The translations under genes were made by a program, and so were the position numbers. The notes beneath the pieces are model-generated. The model was given only the letters and a program-made list of their open reading frames with translations. It had not been told where the DNA came from and did not search any database. A stretch of 62,755 nt of DNA, the filler included, from Choristocarpus tenellus KU-1152 (lineage: Eukaryota; Protista; Phaeophyceae), in assembly GCA_964200185.2 (NCBI GenBank). It is 9 parts of 9 records of this genome, joined end to end, with 100 filler letters (N's around TTAATTAATTAA, not from the genome) between each part and the next. Parts side by side here need not be neighbours in the genome. Positions count along the whole stretch, not along the records: positions 34,438 to 44,946 come from CAXNAD020002885.1; positions 45,047 to 51,527 come from CAXNAD020008046.1; 7 more parts are not named here. The stretch is one strand, 5' to 3'. Positions 36,259-50,400 of this stretch are shown in pieces; position 1 is the first letter of the stretch; every line of letters begins with the position of its first letter.

Positions 36259-39200
36259 GCTGCTTGGTACAAACTCCGAATGCAAACGAACTCATCGACA
36301 TGTGTAGAGACGTGTGGTTGTGTTCAGGACAGAGAAAATCGCAATGGGGTATGGATACGTTGGAAACTCTTCAACACCACAAATGTCGTCAATCTCGGCC
36401 TAACATGAGCATTTGCTCCCTGGATTTCAAACAACCATGAGATGGAGGCCTCTTAGTGTATACCAAACAATTGTCTGTAGTGTTGAGAGATCTGTGTTCT
36501 ATATACGGCGGGATAGGCAGATTGGCGTGCACAGGGTTTACTTTTCATTTCGACGCGAAATTGCTTTCACTCGGAATTGTATCTGGAGCATCCGAAAGAT
36601 AATTACACACGTGGTAACACAGCAGTGGTGGTCAAAATTGGTATGGTTGTAGACCAGAAAACCTTTCTACATGACGTGATGGGGTCTCAGTCGCTACCAC
36701 TTTGGCGGGAGGGAGCTGGACAAAGGGTGCACGTCTCTGGTAGAGGGACTCTGGAGGCATGGCGGCGTTCGGTGGTTGGACTAAGCCTCTCCTTAGATCG
36801 TGTGATTTCTGCATCGGGTGGGCACATTGCAAATGGGACAGGGGAAACCAACAAAAGGAGAGAGGGAAAATGTTTTGCTCATTGAGTCAGGTCCAGAGAG
36901 GATGGCATGTCGCGGTCGGGTTACATCGTCCTCAAGAGTACCCACCTGATCACCTTGCACGAAGAGGAAGTTCTATCGCATTTTGCTTCCGACACGCCCG
37001 TTGTTTGGCGTTACGTACAGGGCACAGGGGCAGTGACAGACGAGCCCGATCCTCGTGGAAGGAATACGCACCTAGGCTCCCTTGATCTAGGAATTATGGT
37101 CTTTTCGACCTCTTTTTCTTGTTGGTTGTATGAAAATTAACCTTAATGAAGGAAAGAACAGCCGCCTTTACCGAATGTTGCACCCCTACAAGATAGGAGT
37201 ATATATATATTGGGGTTCTAAACAGGCTAGTTGGAGTGTTCCTTTTCCTCGGGAATCAAATAGGAGATTTAAAAAGGGGAATTTTGCTCTCTTCACATAT
37301 AGAACGTTCTATGTATGCGACGGTGTTGAACTAGAACAATATTGGAGACTTACAGTTGTATATATATGTGTGTGTTTTACTTCATTATTGAGACAGGGTT
37401 AAAATGTTGGGTTTGCATCTTTAAAAAAATATATTTTCACGTTCGAAGAATTATATTATAGTGCATAACAAAAAATCTTTCACCAAACCGCATATGAGAC
37501 AAACCCCACACTCGCTCACTCACTCAATAACAAACCAATGAGCCTCGACAATATACAGGAATCGTTGTCGCAGTTCTTGGAAAGGACCATATCCATCACG
37601 CCGCAGATGTAGGATGGCCACCCATCAGCCACTAGGGGATCTGGCTAGCATAGGGAATGAACTCGTGGACTCTGGAGGGGTAGACCCCAGAACATCCCAA
37701 GGATAATCCCAGGTCTCCATCGCAGCTAGACACACTCCAATGTAGCCTGTGCGTTCTGTAATTACCGGAACGAGGGATTAGCGCTGGAAGACTAGGCATA
37801 GCCTTCCGAAATCACACATTTGCATCGAATTCAGAGACGCGTGGTGTTCGCAAGTTACACCGTAGCTCGGAACTGGCGATGCTCAAGTCCTCCCATCAAG
37901 AGCAGGACGAAACCTAACGACAAAATTCGTCTTCTCCGATATGTTGCTTCTGATCCGTATCGGAAATAAACAACATTCCTTTCTGTTTCTGATGTTTCTG
38001 TTTCCAATCCCAACCCTAACACCTGTCCCAACCCTAACCCTGTGTCTCAAACCCAACACCATCCCTAACCCTTACAATCCCGAAATTATGTTAACACATG
38101 TTTTGCTCCTCCTTCGTCCACCTGCCTCATGTCATTTTTCCATTACCGTATGTCAAACTATGACAAAAGTGTCGGCGGTCCACATAACAACTTATTTGAA
38201 GGCACACTCCTCCAATCCATCATCCTCGATTTTCCAACAACTCAAGCACAACCTCATATCCCCCGTAGAGAAGGAGGCCACAAAAATGGTATGTGCATCC
38301 GGGGATATGTATAGACCTACACCACATGAAACGTCAGGCATCCCTTCAACCAAAAAGCCCATCCTACACAATAGTTTACCGTACAACAGAACCCGTCAAT
38401 CGTAGTACATACATCCACTAATATTTTGGGGGGTGGCACACACCAAGCATTTGTCAACTGTTTCCAAAAATACAGATGAAGTCACACACTCTACCGTACG
38501 GTAGACTACCTCAATTCACTTCATCCTATGTGCTTCATGGGATGTATTCATATAACCTTTTTGATGTCGCTCACAGGTGTCTGCATACGCAAGCCACTCC
38601 TTTTCAGGATGTTCTAACTGGGGCAGTTTCGGTTCTCGATGTCTTCAATCCACACTTGTCGACATGTTGAACGCTGTGTGTCACCCAACACGAACACTTC
38701 ATGACCAAATATTGTGCACGCCCCCCTTGTCCGAACAAAGTGGCAGCATTACTGGTGTTCACATCATCAACATCAAACTCAAGTGTCCAAAGGAAACAAA
38801 CCCACCAACTCATTTCGTAACCTCATTCAAAATCCCACTCAGGAAACGGGGACTCAAGAGAGTGCCCATGACCAGTGCCGCTCGTTCGTGGAAGAAATCA
38901 AAAACGGACCAGATCATGGACCTCTTCATCTCCATGTTTGCCAACCACAATAGTCTAGAAGAGATGGAAGGAAACGGTCGCACTTGGAACAACCTTGCCT
39001 CTTGGTTATTGGATGAGAAAAGCAGGTTTGCATCATTGGCGAGAGTGCTGTGAGTTGTACTGGCTCTGGAAAATCGCAAGTCCACACCCGATCTCCAGGT
39101 CAAGACATTCCTAGAGTATCTAACGAAAGATCTTAGCACCGAGCCCACCAACCAGGTATATAACTCCCTTCACGTCGACACGACCCGCAGCACGCTAATC

Positions 39201-39339
39201 GCACATACGCAACTCTCCATCGACCGCACACCGTCTGTGCACACTCTTGCAATCATTGCCCTCTATTTTTATCAAGTCTACCAATCGGTAAACTCATGCA
39301 AAATCATCGTTGCTCTCTCAAATTATTGTTTTCTTTCAT

Positions 39340-39597
39340 GAGCCAAAGTATCTTAGAGGGTAGAGTCGCGTCCACTTGGGGGTCAAAATCCAATGTTGCG
39401 ATTTGGATGTAATTTTGACCATCGTGTTTGTTAGGAAGTGTCAATATCCTTATTGCGGACACACCTTTTTATAACGTATACATTTTACCTACTCCGAAAT
39501 ATTTTGGAGTAGGAGAATTTCATAAAAGGCCCGAGGGAAGCCAAGCCCCAAATGGGCAAACAGGGCAAATCTCGTACCCTCTAAGATACTTTCACTC
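39340..39597. mobile_element. MITE family B (258 bp) with 4-bp TSD TCAT
   Basis: TCAT|GAGCCAAAGTATCTTAGAGGGTA ... TACCCTCTAAGATACTTTCACTC|TCAT. Confidence 0.92.
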
Positions 39598-40453
39598 TCA
39601 TGTATCAACTTCGGCCATGTACCCATCGCTTGTTGCAGGAATACATAGCACATATACTACATACATGATTCTCCCCACTCACAATAATCGATCCCTGTTT
39701 CCCACTGGCGACCGACTGCCCCCTCCCGCCCCTTGCTAACCCATAAATGATGGTGATTGAATGGAACACCAGGCACCACTCCAGCTACGTAGAGATGTTC
39801 AATGCTGGAGATGAGGTCGTCTTTGTCACTGAAGACTTCGAGGTGCTGAGTGCTAGCTTTGTTGATGGAGTGCCAACTATTCGCATGTCATGAACGGACA
39901 AGGTGAGAATCGCTTCTTATTTTTACTAAGAGAACAATGCTCCACAGCAATGATTCCACGCTGTCCATATACAGATGTTACATATCCCCTGATATCCCCT
40001 CATACCCAAATAAAATCCTCCCATAACGTCCAACCCTGACATCCAAACCAGTGTCATATTCTTTCTCCTACTCTACAACCGCGAACGTTGACTTTCACGG
40101 AATATTTTACAAGTTCCGTAGGGCAAATAAACGTATCCCATTCCTTCATTTCGCTCTCTAAGTGTATCCCCTATCCTACATAAAACTCTCCATTTCTCAA
40201 AACCAAAACAAACGAGACCCCTATACAACCAAACAAGGCCATCACGTGCAAACACATGCCGATAGTCCAACACATCAACAAAGCCCCTGCAACGAAAATC
40301 TTTGCGTTGATGCAGGAGGCACAATCAGGTCCCCGCATTGTGCCCCTTCAGGCTATCATCATCCCAGACTTCACAGACATTCACCACAACCACCTGGACA
40401 ACACATTAACGATCCTTCCTGGTCAATACCAGAGGTTACCACAGAATCCAACC

Positions 40454-40713
40454 AAGTCAAAATATCTTAGAGGGAAGAACCTTGTCCATTTGAGGGTCAA
40501 AACCCAACGTTGCGATTTTGATGTAATTTTGACTATCGTGTTTGTTGGGAAGCGTCAATATCCTTATTTCGGACACACCTTTACATGACGTATACATTTT
40601 TACTACTCCGAAACGTTTCGGAGTAGAAAACTGTAATAAAAATACGCCATAGGAAGTCAAGTCCCAAATGGACAAACAGGGCAAAACTCGTACCCTCTAA
40701 GATACTTTCAGTC
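40454..40713. mobile_element. MITE family B with 4-bp TSD AACC
   Basis: AACC|AAGTCAAAATATCTTAGAGGG ... CCCTCTAAGATACTTTCAGTC|AACC. Confidence 0.9.
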
Positions 40714-42007
40714 AACCGCCAATCCCTCAGTGCGATACCTGCTCGTTTGTCAAGGCAACTCAGACTAGGGGACACATCCGACGCCAGGTTCGGTTGAGGA
40801 ACCAGCTTCATCCCATGCGTGAGTGGGGGGCCTATTGTACAGGGGAAGGTCAGCGATGTTCATGTGGACGGTTCAGGGGCGTACATTTACTCAGTGTCCT
40901 ACCTTCCAGATGATGGCGAAAAATCCTTGCATCCTCACCTGAGGTCTTACACGATAGAGGACGAGATAGAGGAGGGTGTCAACCAACTTCGGGAGAAGAA
41001 CGAGAGGGACAGTGCGGAGGCTCCAGCCCAGCGTGTCAGAAAACGCTGCCGGTTGATGGTTGACCGCCAGCGGAAGCGTATTGACATGGAGAAGGATACG
41101 GAGAATATATACTCCTTGAACCGACACTGAGGGCTGCACCGGATTTAGACGAGGGAGAAACACTCAATGCAGGTGCCAAGGGCAGAGGACTATACTTCAG
41201 ATGGGACGATCAGTGGATGTGAGAGACTGTGACCAAGTACGAACCCCACTACTCAGTGAAAGTTGGAGATGAGCGAGTCAGCTACCCCTACGAGGTTAAA
41301 TGGGAAAATGGTGAATTGCGAAATATCCAGCTTCTTGTGGAACGCTACAGTATAGACCAAGACGCTTCTGCACGTGCCTGGTTCTGGACAAGTCCCACTC
41401 TGCCCCCATACTGATGAGAGTAACGACTTTGAGGAGCAACCTAGGCCAATTCCTGAGTGTGAGTCACCCTCTACGTCGCCAATCCGACACATGCCTCGAC
41501 AGACATGTTGTACTGAAGAGGTCGAACAATCTCTATATCAACACTAATATACATTTCGTATATTAATCCTTCATATCTTCCTGATGACTTTGTTCCTATG
41601 TGTCCTCATACGCATGCTTTTATTGGTCCGATGGCAACCTGGAATTTATCGCGATTAAGTGCGTTCTGCCTCTATCCTCGAACACTCTTACTGACACGTC
41701 CCAATCCTTTTTCCTCCCATCTTCGCGTTGATCGGACCACAGAGCAATGGACAGAAACCTTGCTAAAACTAACATACGCAGAAGAATCTCGTACTCCGTA
41801 CCACCATTCTCAGCACAAGTCGAGATTTTCAAAACAGATGACCCCTCTTCCACGCCCAATCCAAACGGGAGCAACCATCCCATCTCCAAACTATGGACCC
41901 AACGGCAACTTCCCTGAGCCACAATAACATAGTCCACACCAACTCAAGCGCCAAGCGTAGATCCTAAAGGCATTTATTTCCAAAATACATCAAAAAGGAC
42001 GGTGACT

Positions 42008-42150
42008 GGGTCAAAGTATCTGGGGGGGTGGTGGTTAGTGAGGAGGCGCCCACGACTGAAGACAGCAATTGTTATAATTTTTGAGCAACTCGTCGGGACC
42101 GAAACGGACGTCCTCTCACGAACTACCACCCCCCCCAGATACTTTGACCC
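42008..42150. mobile_element. MITE family C (143 bp): family-A-like termini, different interior; truncated copy at ~44888-44946
   Basis: GGGTCAAAGTATCTGGGGGGGTGGTGGTTAGTGAG / CTCACGAACTACCACCCCCCCCAGATACTTTGACCC. Confidence 0.8.
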
Positions 42151-44548
42151 AGGGGGGGTGGTGGCTGTTCATTCGGGGTCCATTTTTCCATGTCGCGATT
42201 TTCGGGCAATGTGGTTGCATGCATCGAATGGATAATGTAAGTGTACTTTTCCTGGTCAGGGTCCACATGAACACCCTGGTATAGACCCCCCTCTCCCCCC
42301 CCAGATACTTTGAGCCAAAGAGTTGCCTCCATCCTGAGGAACCTATGCAGGGGTCCAGAAGAAGGATCAGACAAGGTCGCAGGAATCCTGAGTGATCAGC
42401 CTTTCTCATTCATTGTGCTCCCATTGAAAGGCGGGGAAGGATGCACCTACTGCATGTGTTCATCAAGTGGGTAGCCCTTGAGGTTGCAGTGCAGGTCATG
42501 AACGGGCTGAGGAAGAAAGGTACGCTTGGAATTGACCCTCATCCAGAAGACTGTCCGAACGTAATCAATGGAGGGAAACCTGAAAGCACCATACACCCTA
42601 TCGGAAAGGTGTACTCGTGGGAGTATGCGGCTTCCCCTCTTGTCTCTCGTTTGTATTGCCATTTTTAACTCACACGAAAAACAACTAACTCCTTTGACTC
42701 GAAACATGACCCAACCCCTGAAAATTGGAAGGTGAAGAAGAAACTTGTATTGAAGAATGTGGATAGGGGTGATCTGTTCGTGAAGATCGTCAATTTCTCG
42801 AAGGGGTGTTACCCAAAAAAACGGTGACGAAGATGAAGGCAGGCAACGTGGCATATAGATCTTGTATTGCTGGCTCAAAGATCGCCCATGCGTATCTCTC
42901 TTTTGGGATGGGATGGTCTAATTGTAAAATATGTTTGTGGTTTTTGATGAAGGCTATGTACAAGTGTTGGACGTGAAGGTCAGGGGTATCGTTGTTGGGA
43001 GTTGAGGAGAGGTGGACAATGTGATAATATTTAGAGGGTCAGATGTGGACATGGTATAGTTTGTATGGTGTCTGACAGACAAAAAAAATAACAAGACACT
43101 TTCTATCTGAATTCACTTGTTAATGGAAACTTGTGTCCCCATTTAGCAAGTTACATTGTAGGACGTAACTCTGTGGACGATGAAGATCTGCGTAAGGTGT
43201 AAATACACGATGAGAGTTTTGGAGATACAGCACATGTTGATGATTTCAGATTGATGTGTATATATATTTGGTTGAATTTATTGTACCTGAGACTAGAGAA
43301 TTTTTCCGAATATGATCAGTGCCGATGGTGGAACAGTTGTACATGTAAAATATGGTCTAGGAGCAGCACTCGGTAGAAGGGTGTAACGCTACATATGTTT
43401 GTAGAGGTGATGTAATCGCGGTTGAGAGAGGGCGGGAAAGAGAAGAGTAGTGCATGTTGTCGGGTTGAAGAGGAGCACTAAAGCAGCATTCTTGAACTAA
43501 AACCCAATCGTCAGAGGAGATCTATGTCCACGTGAATGTGTTGACATGTTTAATTCAGGTGCGTCTAGGTGTTGGCAAGGTCGTAGTAGTCGACAAATTT
43601 CTAAGAGTTAGAAATAAACATGGTGTGAAAGAGTGTGGCGAGTAAGGACATGGACATTAGAGTTTGGTGGAGTGTCCGTGTGTGTACAAACGGGTGTAAC
43701 AAAAATCAATTATGGACTGGTGCATTAGTGTGTACCTTCTTTAGACAGTATTGATTGTGTCAATGTTGTTGAGCCCAAAAAATGCATGTGCAGTCTTGGT
43801 ATCAATGGTGGAAGGAGTGTAGTATACAATAAGGTCAACGAATAAAATTGGGCAGGGTGGTGTTATGCATACATCTTGTGGCCTACATAATTTGGGTGTA
43901 CTATCGTGTTAAGACGGCCTCTACTGTTTTCATGACGAATATTGTGTAATCGAAATGGTGGTACACAGCTAAAGGGTTTCGGGATACACACGTTGTCAAC
44001 CTGTCGAAAGGTGAACGAACAACGAGGTCTATGGTGGTCGGTGGGTTTTTGAGGTTGTGTGTAGTGTGGGATCAGGTCATAAAAAACCCCGTGGGAAGCC
44101 AAGCCCCAAGCGGACAAACAGGGTGTAACTCTTACCATCTAATATTCTTTTGAGTGGACTCTTCCTCCATCTTCTATAATAGCCACTTTTCTAGTTGCTG
44201 TAGAGGCATCTGTTGTGCAAGAGTAAGCGGATACACATGTCGAATAACCTAGTGTTATCCTTTACATTGTATATGCTGATACAAGTGTATAACATAGTTT
44301 TCATGTACGTTTATCTTTGGTTTGGTACAATACAAAGTTGTAACGTGCAAAACGGATTGATAAGAAGCAGTATGAATAGTCAGTGTTTATTCATACGTCA
44401 GTGATATGGGACAACTGGTGGGCAATTAATAACCCAGTGTATCATTACCATGTAACTCCACCAACGGCTTTGGGCAACGAGCCTTTTCATGCGCTAAGCT
44501 TTTCAACATGCATATTAGTGCTTATCAACATACCCTATCTAGAGGGGG

Positions 44549-44810
44549 GACTGCGAGCATCTCAGAGGGTATGAGTTTTGCCCTGTTTGTCCGTTTGGGG
44601 ATTGGCATCCCACGGGGTTTTTTTTATGACATTTCCTACCTACCCCGAAACTTCGGAGTAGGTAATATGTATACGCCATGAAAAGGTGTGTCCAGAACAA
44701 GGATATTGACACTTCCTAACAAACACGCTTACCAAAATTACATCAAAGTAGCAGCATTGGATTTTGACCCCCAAATGAACACAGCTCTACCCTCTAAGAT
44801 ACTTTGACTC
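44549..44810. mobile_element. MITE family B (reverse orientation) with 4-bp TSD GGGG
   Basis: Reverse complement of the 39340 element; GGGG flanks both ends. Confidence 0.85.
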
Positions 44811-45145
44811 GGGGCACAGCCAAACTGGGTTGGTTTGGGTTGACATCACTCATGGTCTCAGACAGGTTTCATACCGAACTCCTTCAGGGTCAAAGTATCT
44901 GGGGGGGGGGGTGGTTAGTGAGGGGGCGTCCGTTTCGGTCAAACAGNNNNNNNNNNNNNNNNNNNNNNNNNNNNNNNNNNNNNNNNNNNNTTAATTAATT
45001 AANNNNNNNNNNNNNNNNNNNNNNNNNNNNNNNNNNNNNNNNNNNNCACAACCCCCCCTCCAACATACTCATACCGCCCTCCCCCCCTCCCCCCCCCCCG
45101 CACTCCCCCCCTAGCCTCACACACATCCACCCTACGCCAGCCCAC

Positions 45146-48100
45146 CTCATGCTCCGCCATGGAAGGTAACAGCCACGACGGTAGAACTCCCCCGCCCCCC
45201 GGGGTTGTCACAATAGACACCTCCACCACCAAGATAACAATCTGCCCTGTGTATATCCAGTCACGAGACTGAAGGTTGCTTTTTCCCAGAGTCATCACAT
45301 ACGCCAGCACCCCCCAAGTGATATACCATACTGCCATCTGAACCACAGCAAGGAGAGGATTAGGGTCGACGAGGATGAGCACAAACAAATGCAAATGCCA
45401 GTTGTCAAGGGCCCATGCCCATCACTCATTTCATTCAAGGCTCGAATTGTTCCTGTAAATAAAAAATAAATAACAAAAACAAAACTAAGAAATAGGTAGC
45501 GAACACATCGATCTGGGGTTCTTATCTATATGCCTATCTAAAGATATTGACACTTTTAACCACAAAAAGCCAGGCCAACAACTACTCTTGCAATCACCGA
45601 GTCCTTTCCCTCCATTCTACACGAGTGCATACTTGCCTGCTTGTGTATATTACACTCTCCCCCAACCCATCCCACACACAGGTCTCCCCTCTCCTATTTC
45701 CCACTCCCCAAAATCTTTACCAGGCTCTCTCTATCAAGACTCTCTTCAAACATACCGCCTCTCACCCCTGCTCCTGTTCCCAACCCATATCCCTTCCAAG
45801 CAATATCAAAACATTAGGGTGGGAAACCTGCCAACTCAACAGTTATACCAACATAACGTTAACATTCCTATCATCACACACCAATTTCTTGTTTACCGTG
45901 CAGCCTACTGTACCCCATAGATGTTGACTAAATTACCATCACATTTAAGTCTAAGAGCATAATCTCTTCTCATGGACAATCATCTCCCACTACCGCCTTC
46001 AACTCTTTCACTCCCTGTCTCCTCCCCTTCCTGTACCCCATAACCCATACAACACTCCTAACCTCAGATCTCCCAACCTATCTCTCTACCTCGGCCCCAT
46101 GCCTTCCTTTCTGACAGCCTCACTTATCGCCCTGCCCGAACCTCTATCCTCCATCCTCACCACTACCAATACATACACAAGCTGATGTATGAATGCCTTA
46201 ATTGTAAGCAAAAAAAAACACCCTCTATGGCGACAGCTGCGTTCAGCATTTGTTTCCCCACAATACAATCGGAAAGGTCAATAGGCACCACAAGACAATC
46301 GGAAAGGTCAATAGGCATACAGTCGTATGCTTGCACATATACACAGTACGCATCATCCATGCCCTATATACATACTTCCACCATTCAACGTAAGGATATG
46401 TGTGCATCCTACAAGGATATTTAGATGAAGCATAATCCCAGATCTTGCTACTGCACCAGCAACACCAACACCAAGGTCTCTCTTTCATCCGAACCAAGGA
46501 AATTTACTTCCCGTTTCTATTAGAGCTTGAGGCCCAAACAACATCTCAAGAAAAAAAAATATATATATATATATCTCAAATAGAAATAAGAATCAAGCAA
46601 ATACATGCACCGATTTCAATATATTTTTTTGAGCAAAATTCAAGAATTATCCTCGACCAAACTACTCTTGCGCCTTCTCTTCAAAGCCAGACTTGAAACT
46701 TTTTCAGATTTAAAAAATAATAGTTAAAATGTGAATCGGAAGAAATTCAGATTGTGTGAGCTTCGTAACAGCCTTGAAAAAAAAAAAAGTACACTCCACT
46801 CGATCAAACTTGACCCATTTGATTAGCACTAATTGACGACATTTTGCGAGGCAGTCTATGAATCCCCAAAATGCTATCTGATCCTCTAAAAAAACTCTAA
46901 AAATCTTTTGTGGAGGTCTTGCAAAGGCCCATCACGAATGAGGTTACCATTAAAAAAAAAGTCGCATCCAAATCTGGCTCATGTCTACCTATTCTAGGCC
47001 GCCTGATGCAAACCCAAAAGAAACGCCTTCCCAACGATGTACTTTTCCTCGTTCATCCAAACTGTCCTAAACGATGCTGAACAGACCCAACCAATCAAAA
47101 CGCACTCGCATAGCACATCACCAAGCCCCTGGCAGCAAACCACAGAGAGCAAGCACATTTGAACAAAAAACGATCGATCTAAAATCACCCCTCAACGATC
47201 AGTTCCAATTGTTCAGGATTTGATCCAAAAATCGTAGCGCTACCTGATCACCCTAATTCACAAACAAACAAAAAATAAAAAACGGTTGTGAACTCATCAC
47301 AGCGTGTCAAAAATTTCATCCAAATGAAACCGAACCAGATAGCACAAGCACGTGCAAAACGCAGCAGCATATTCAAGACATTTAGGGGTAGGCGTACAGA
47401 ACTCCTTTCACTCAAACCAGACCAATACTGCCCCAGCACCCTCAACCCCCCGCCCCCCCCCACGGTGGACCACGATCTTGTCTCGAGACATCTGCGGGTT
47501 GGACACGTGAAAACAACTCTTTGGAAAGTCGGTACAAGGTCGGAAATCGCTTCCAATCCCCTGACTATTTCGAGCCTTCAAAAAAAGAGTTTGGAAGAAT
47601 GCAGACACTACAGGGATTGCAGCTCTTGGCCAACGGCGTAGACAAACAGTACAATACTTCACAACAAAGGATCATAATACTGGTGTTCACAAACAGGCTG
47701 ACACACATGATCAGTTTCCCACAATTCAACAGTCACTCTTCTCTCTGTGTCCCATAGGTAACATCTTAATAGTAGTCAAGTAGCACTTAGAGGCAGTGAA
47801 GTAAGCCCCATTCTTACACCAGACCCAGCCCCACCCCATCTTCCTCCATCTCACCTCCAAAAGCATACTGTTTTCATCTACTCCGTGTTTGGAAGTCGCT
47901 GCCTCTGGTCCTAGCTTGTCATAAATCTCCCTCTTCTCGCTATCCATCAAAACCTGTTTACAGGAGGATACAATTCATAGTGCTCAAACTCATACACATA
48001 CACCTATACAAGTGAATACTGTTGGTTATCCCTCGAAGGAAGGAAGACTGTGGCTTCTGTCTCAAGAGTTGCAACTAATCTATTCAACTTCCAGATGTGG

Positions 48101-49389
48101 GAAAAGAAGTGCTCAAGTCATGGGACTCAACACAAGAGCTTTTTAATCATTGCTATGTTCAAGCGGTGTGCTACCTCTGTTCTCTCGACTCTTCATTCTC
48201 CTGTTATGCTTTCACAAAAATACATCCCTTCCCTTTTTGCCCTTAAAAAACAAGAGATATACCTGTTGAAAAGGACCTCTAAAAATTCCAAGCAAAAAGA
48301 ACCCTGCACAAAAAACAATCAGGCCATGGGTGATTCAGAACACTCTTCACTCAAAAGAAAAATACAAGCACAGGCAGCGTGCACATACACATCAAAAGAG
48401 AAATGAAAACAAAACATTCACGCACACACACATTGCCAAAACGAAACATGAACAGATAGTGCGCGAGAAAATATACACCTCGCATGTTATCATTATAGGC
48501 CACTCGTATGCTTCCTGAAAGAAGAAATCGCCACTCACCTCCAGAGCTGCAGACAGCTTGGAGAAACGATCCGCAGCATCTTGAGAAGGGTTCTTGTCTG
48601 GGTGTAACTCCAAAGAGAGGGTTCGGTAAGCCCTCTTTATCTCCGCAGGAGTGCTCCCGCGTGTTACCCCTAGCACCTGATAAAAGTTTGGACCTCTTTC
48701 TGCAGACTCTAAGGCCTACATTAAACACGAGAAATATGTGAAAGTGAGTAATAATTCGAGCATGCGAGTCAGTGTGGTAGGAGAGCCCAAGAAAATGAAG
48801 GTGGCGGATTACATAAGGTCCATTCGCTCTAGAAAGGATGGTCGTTGTTGTTCTCGATGTTCAGTCACCATTTTGACAGTCTCAATTGTCATGCAACATA
48901 GCAACGTAATTTCGAGTGTTCCTGTTTAGTTTCCTAGTATATCTAGCCAACACAGAGGAAAAATGTGTTTTTACCTAGAAGTTAGGAGTTCAAATAGTAA
49001 GAGCCAGAAGGAATCATCGCCCTACGTTGTAAATGAGGTGACATATTTTGCGGCGTGTAAGCATCAACATAGCATCATACCTCAGAGCAGGAGACGACAT
49101 TCAACGCACAGACGACCTCAAAACTCACAAAACAATACTTCCTACTACCACCACAACCATCAATTCCTCGATAAGGAATACATGCAGTGGGAGCACCAAG
49201 TGATCCATAGCTGTTTATCCTACTCACCATCTTGCCAAAGGCAATGGTCGCAAGGAAGATGATCGCATACATGATAGCTCTGTCCTTCTTAAACCTCTTC
49301 GGCGCTAGTATCCACGAGCACACGGGGTGTACAAAGAGTACATAGAAGAACAGCGTCCCTAACGCCCCTGCTGAATCGGAGTCAGACAT
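45146..49389 (-). CDS. Membrane-anchored DnaJ/Hsp40 J-domain protein. Exons 49389-49228, 48715-48539, 47953-47855, 45337-45146; 3' end cut by the spacer
   Basis: Phase-0 GT-AG splicing joins two hydrophobic N-terminal segments, the J-domain NFYQVLGVTRGSTPAEIKRAYRTLSLELHPDKNP...LEVLMDSEKREIYDKLG (HPD intact), and further transmembrane-like segments. Confidence 0.88.
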
Positions 49390-49802
49390 TGTCCCGCACT
49401 GTCAACTGCAAGACGACGATCGTTTTTAGCTGGGCTCCTCCACGTAACACAATGAGTCACACACGCGTCCCACAAAGTCCACCCCCGGCCGGGTTCTCGT
49501 GAGCTCGGCACAGGGGTGTGATCTCAAGATATGACCGACAACTATGGACTAATGCACAATGCTGTAGGCTAGGGGGGAGGTTAGGTTGCACCCAGCCTGA
49601 TGTGAGGTGCGGCAATGAGGATTAGACAAGTGGCTAACCGCGTGCGAGGCGCGAAGTTTCACACGCGCGACAGGGTTGTGGAAAAAGCGAAGGCGTCGTT
49701 GGTACATGGTTAGTAAGGTATGATTGGGAATGAGACATGGAATATAGAACATCCTAATAACGGTGCAATTCAACTACAACTCCTCGTCAAACTAACAATA
49801 TA

Positions 49803-49804
<2 letters not shown>

Positions 49805-49844
<40 letters not shown>
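49805..49844. repeat. (GTA)n microsatellite
   Basis: About 13 perfect GTA units. Confidence 0.95.
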
Positions 49845-49845
<1 letters not shown>

Positions 49846-49984
49846 TAAACCCCTTCTAGTTCCTGACAATCATAGATTTGGAAGTTTTGAAGGATTTTAT
49901 TGATAGTGATTGGTCATTTGATAATGTATCGTATCGTATCGTATGTCAAAGGTAAAAATGTTAGAGGGGACAACAGAATTTCCC

Positions 49985-50400
49985 ATAGATCTGGTCTTCC
50001 TTGCAGAGACACTTCTGGACGCCGGATCAGCCCCCTACCAGGACAAAGGTTTCCTGCTAGATGTTACGTTTGTAGAAGTGCAGGCAACCTCCCACCTTCC
50101 CCACTCATCCACCAGCAATAATGGTGCAGCTGCTGCTGCAGCTGTGAGGTGCAAAAGCGCACCCACTACGAGGGCTCTTTTGACCCTCGTAGTTACAACC
50201 TCAGCACCTTCGCGGTGGAAAGTTTTGGGCACCTAGGCAAGCAAGTGGAATGTTTCCTGGATGAGCTAGCTACGCAAACGGTAGGGGGAAGAGGAACAGC
50301 AGGTTATAGCAGGAAGGGGGCTGTCAAATCCCATCTACGACCGTTTCTGTCAAAACACAGGTAGCCCTATCCAGACGGATCATACGCTTTAAGCTGGAAA
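49985..50400 (+). mobile_element. 3' fragment of an RLE-type (CRE/NeSL-like) non-LTR retrotransposon
   Basis: LLDVTF...GAAAAAA..CK then (frameshift) HY.GSFDPRSYNLSTFAVESFGHLG...FLDELA...VGG, the restriction-like endonuclease pattern DVT...K..Y...FAVESFGxLG. Confidence 0.75.
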
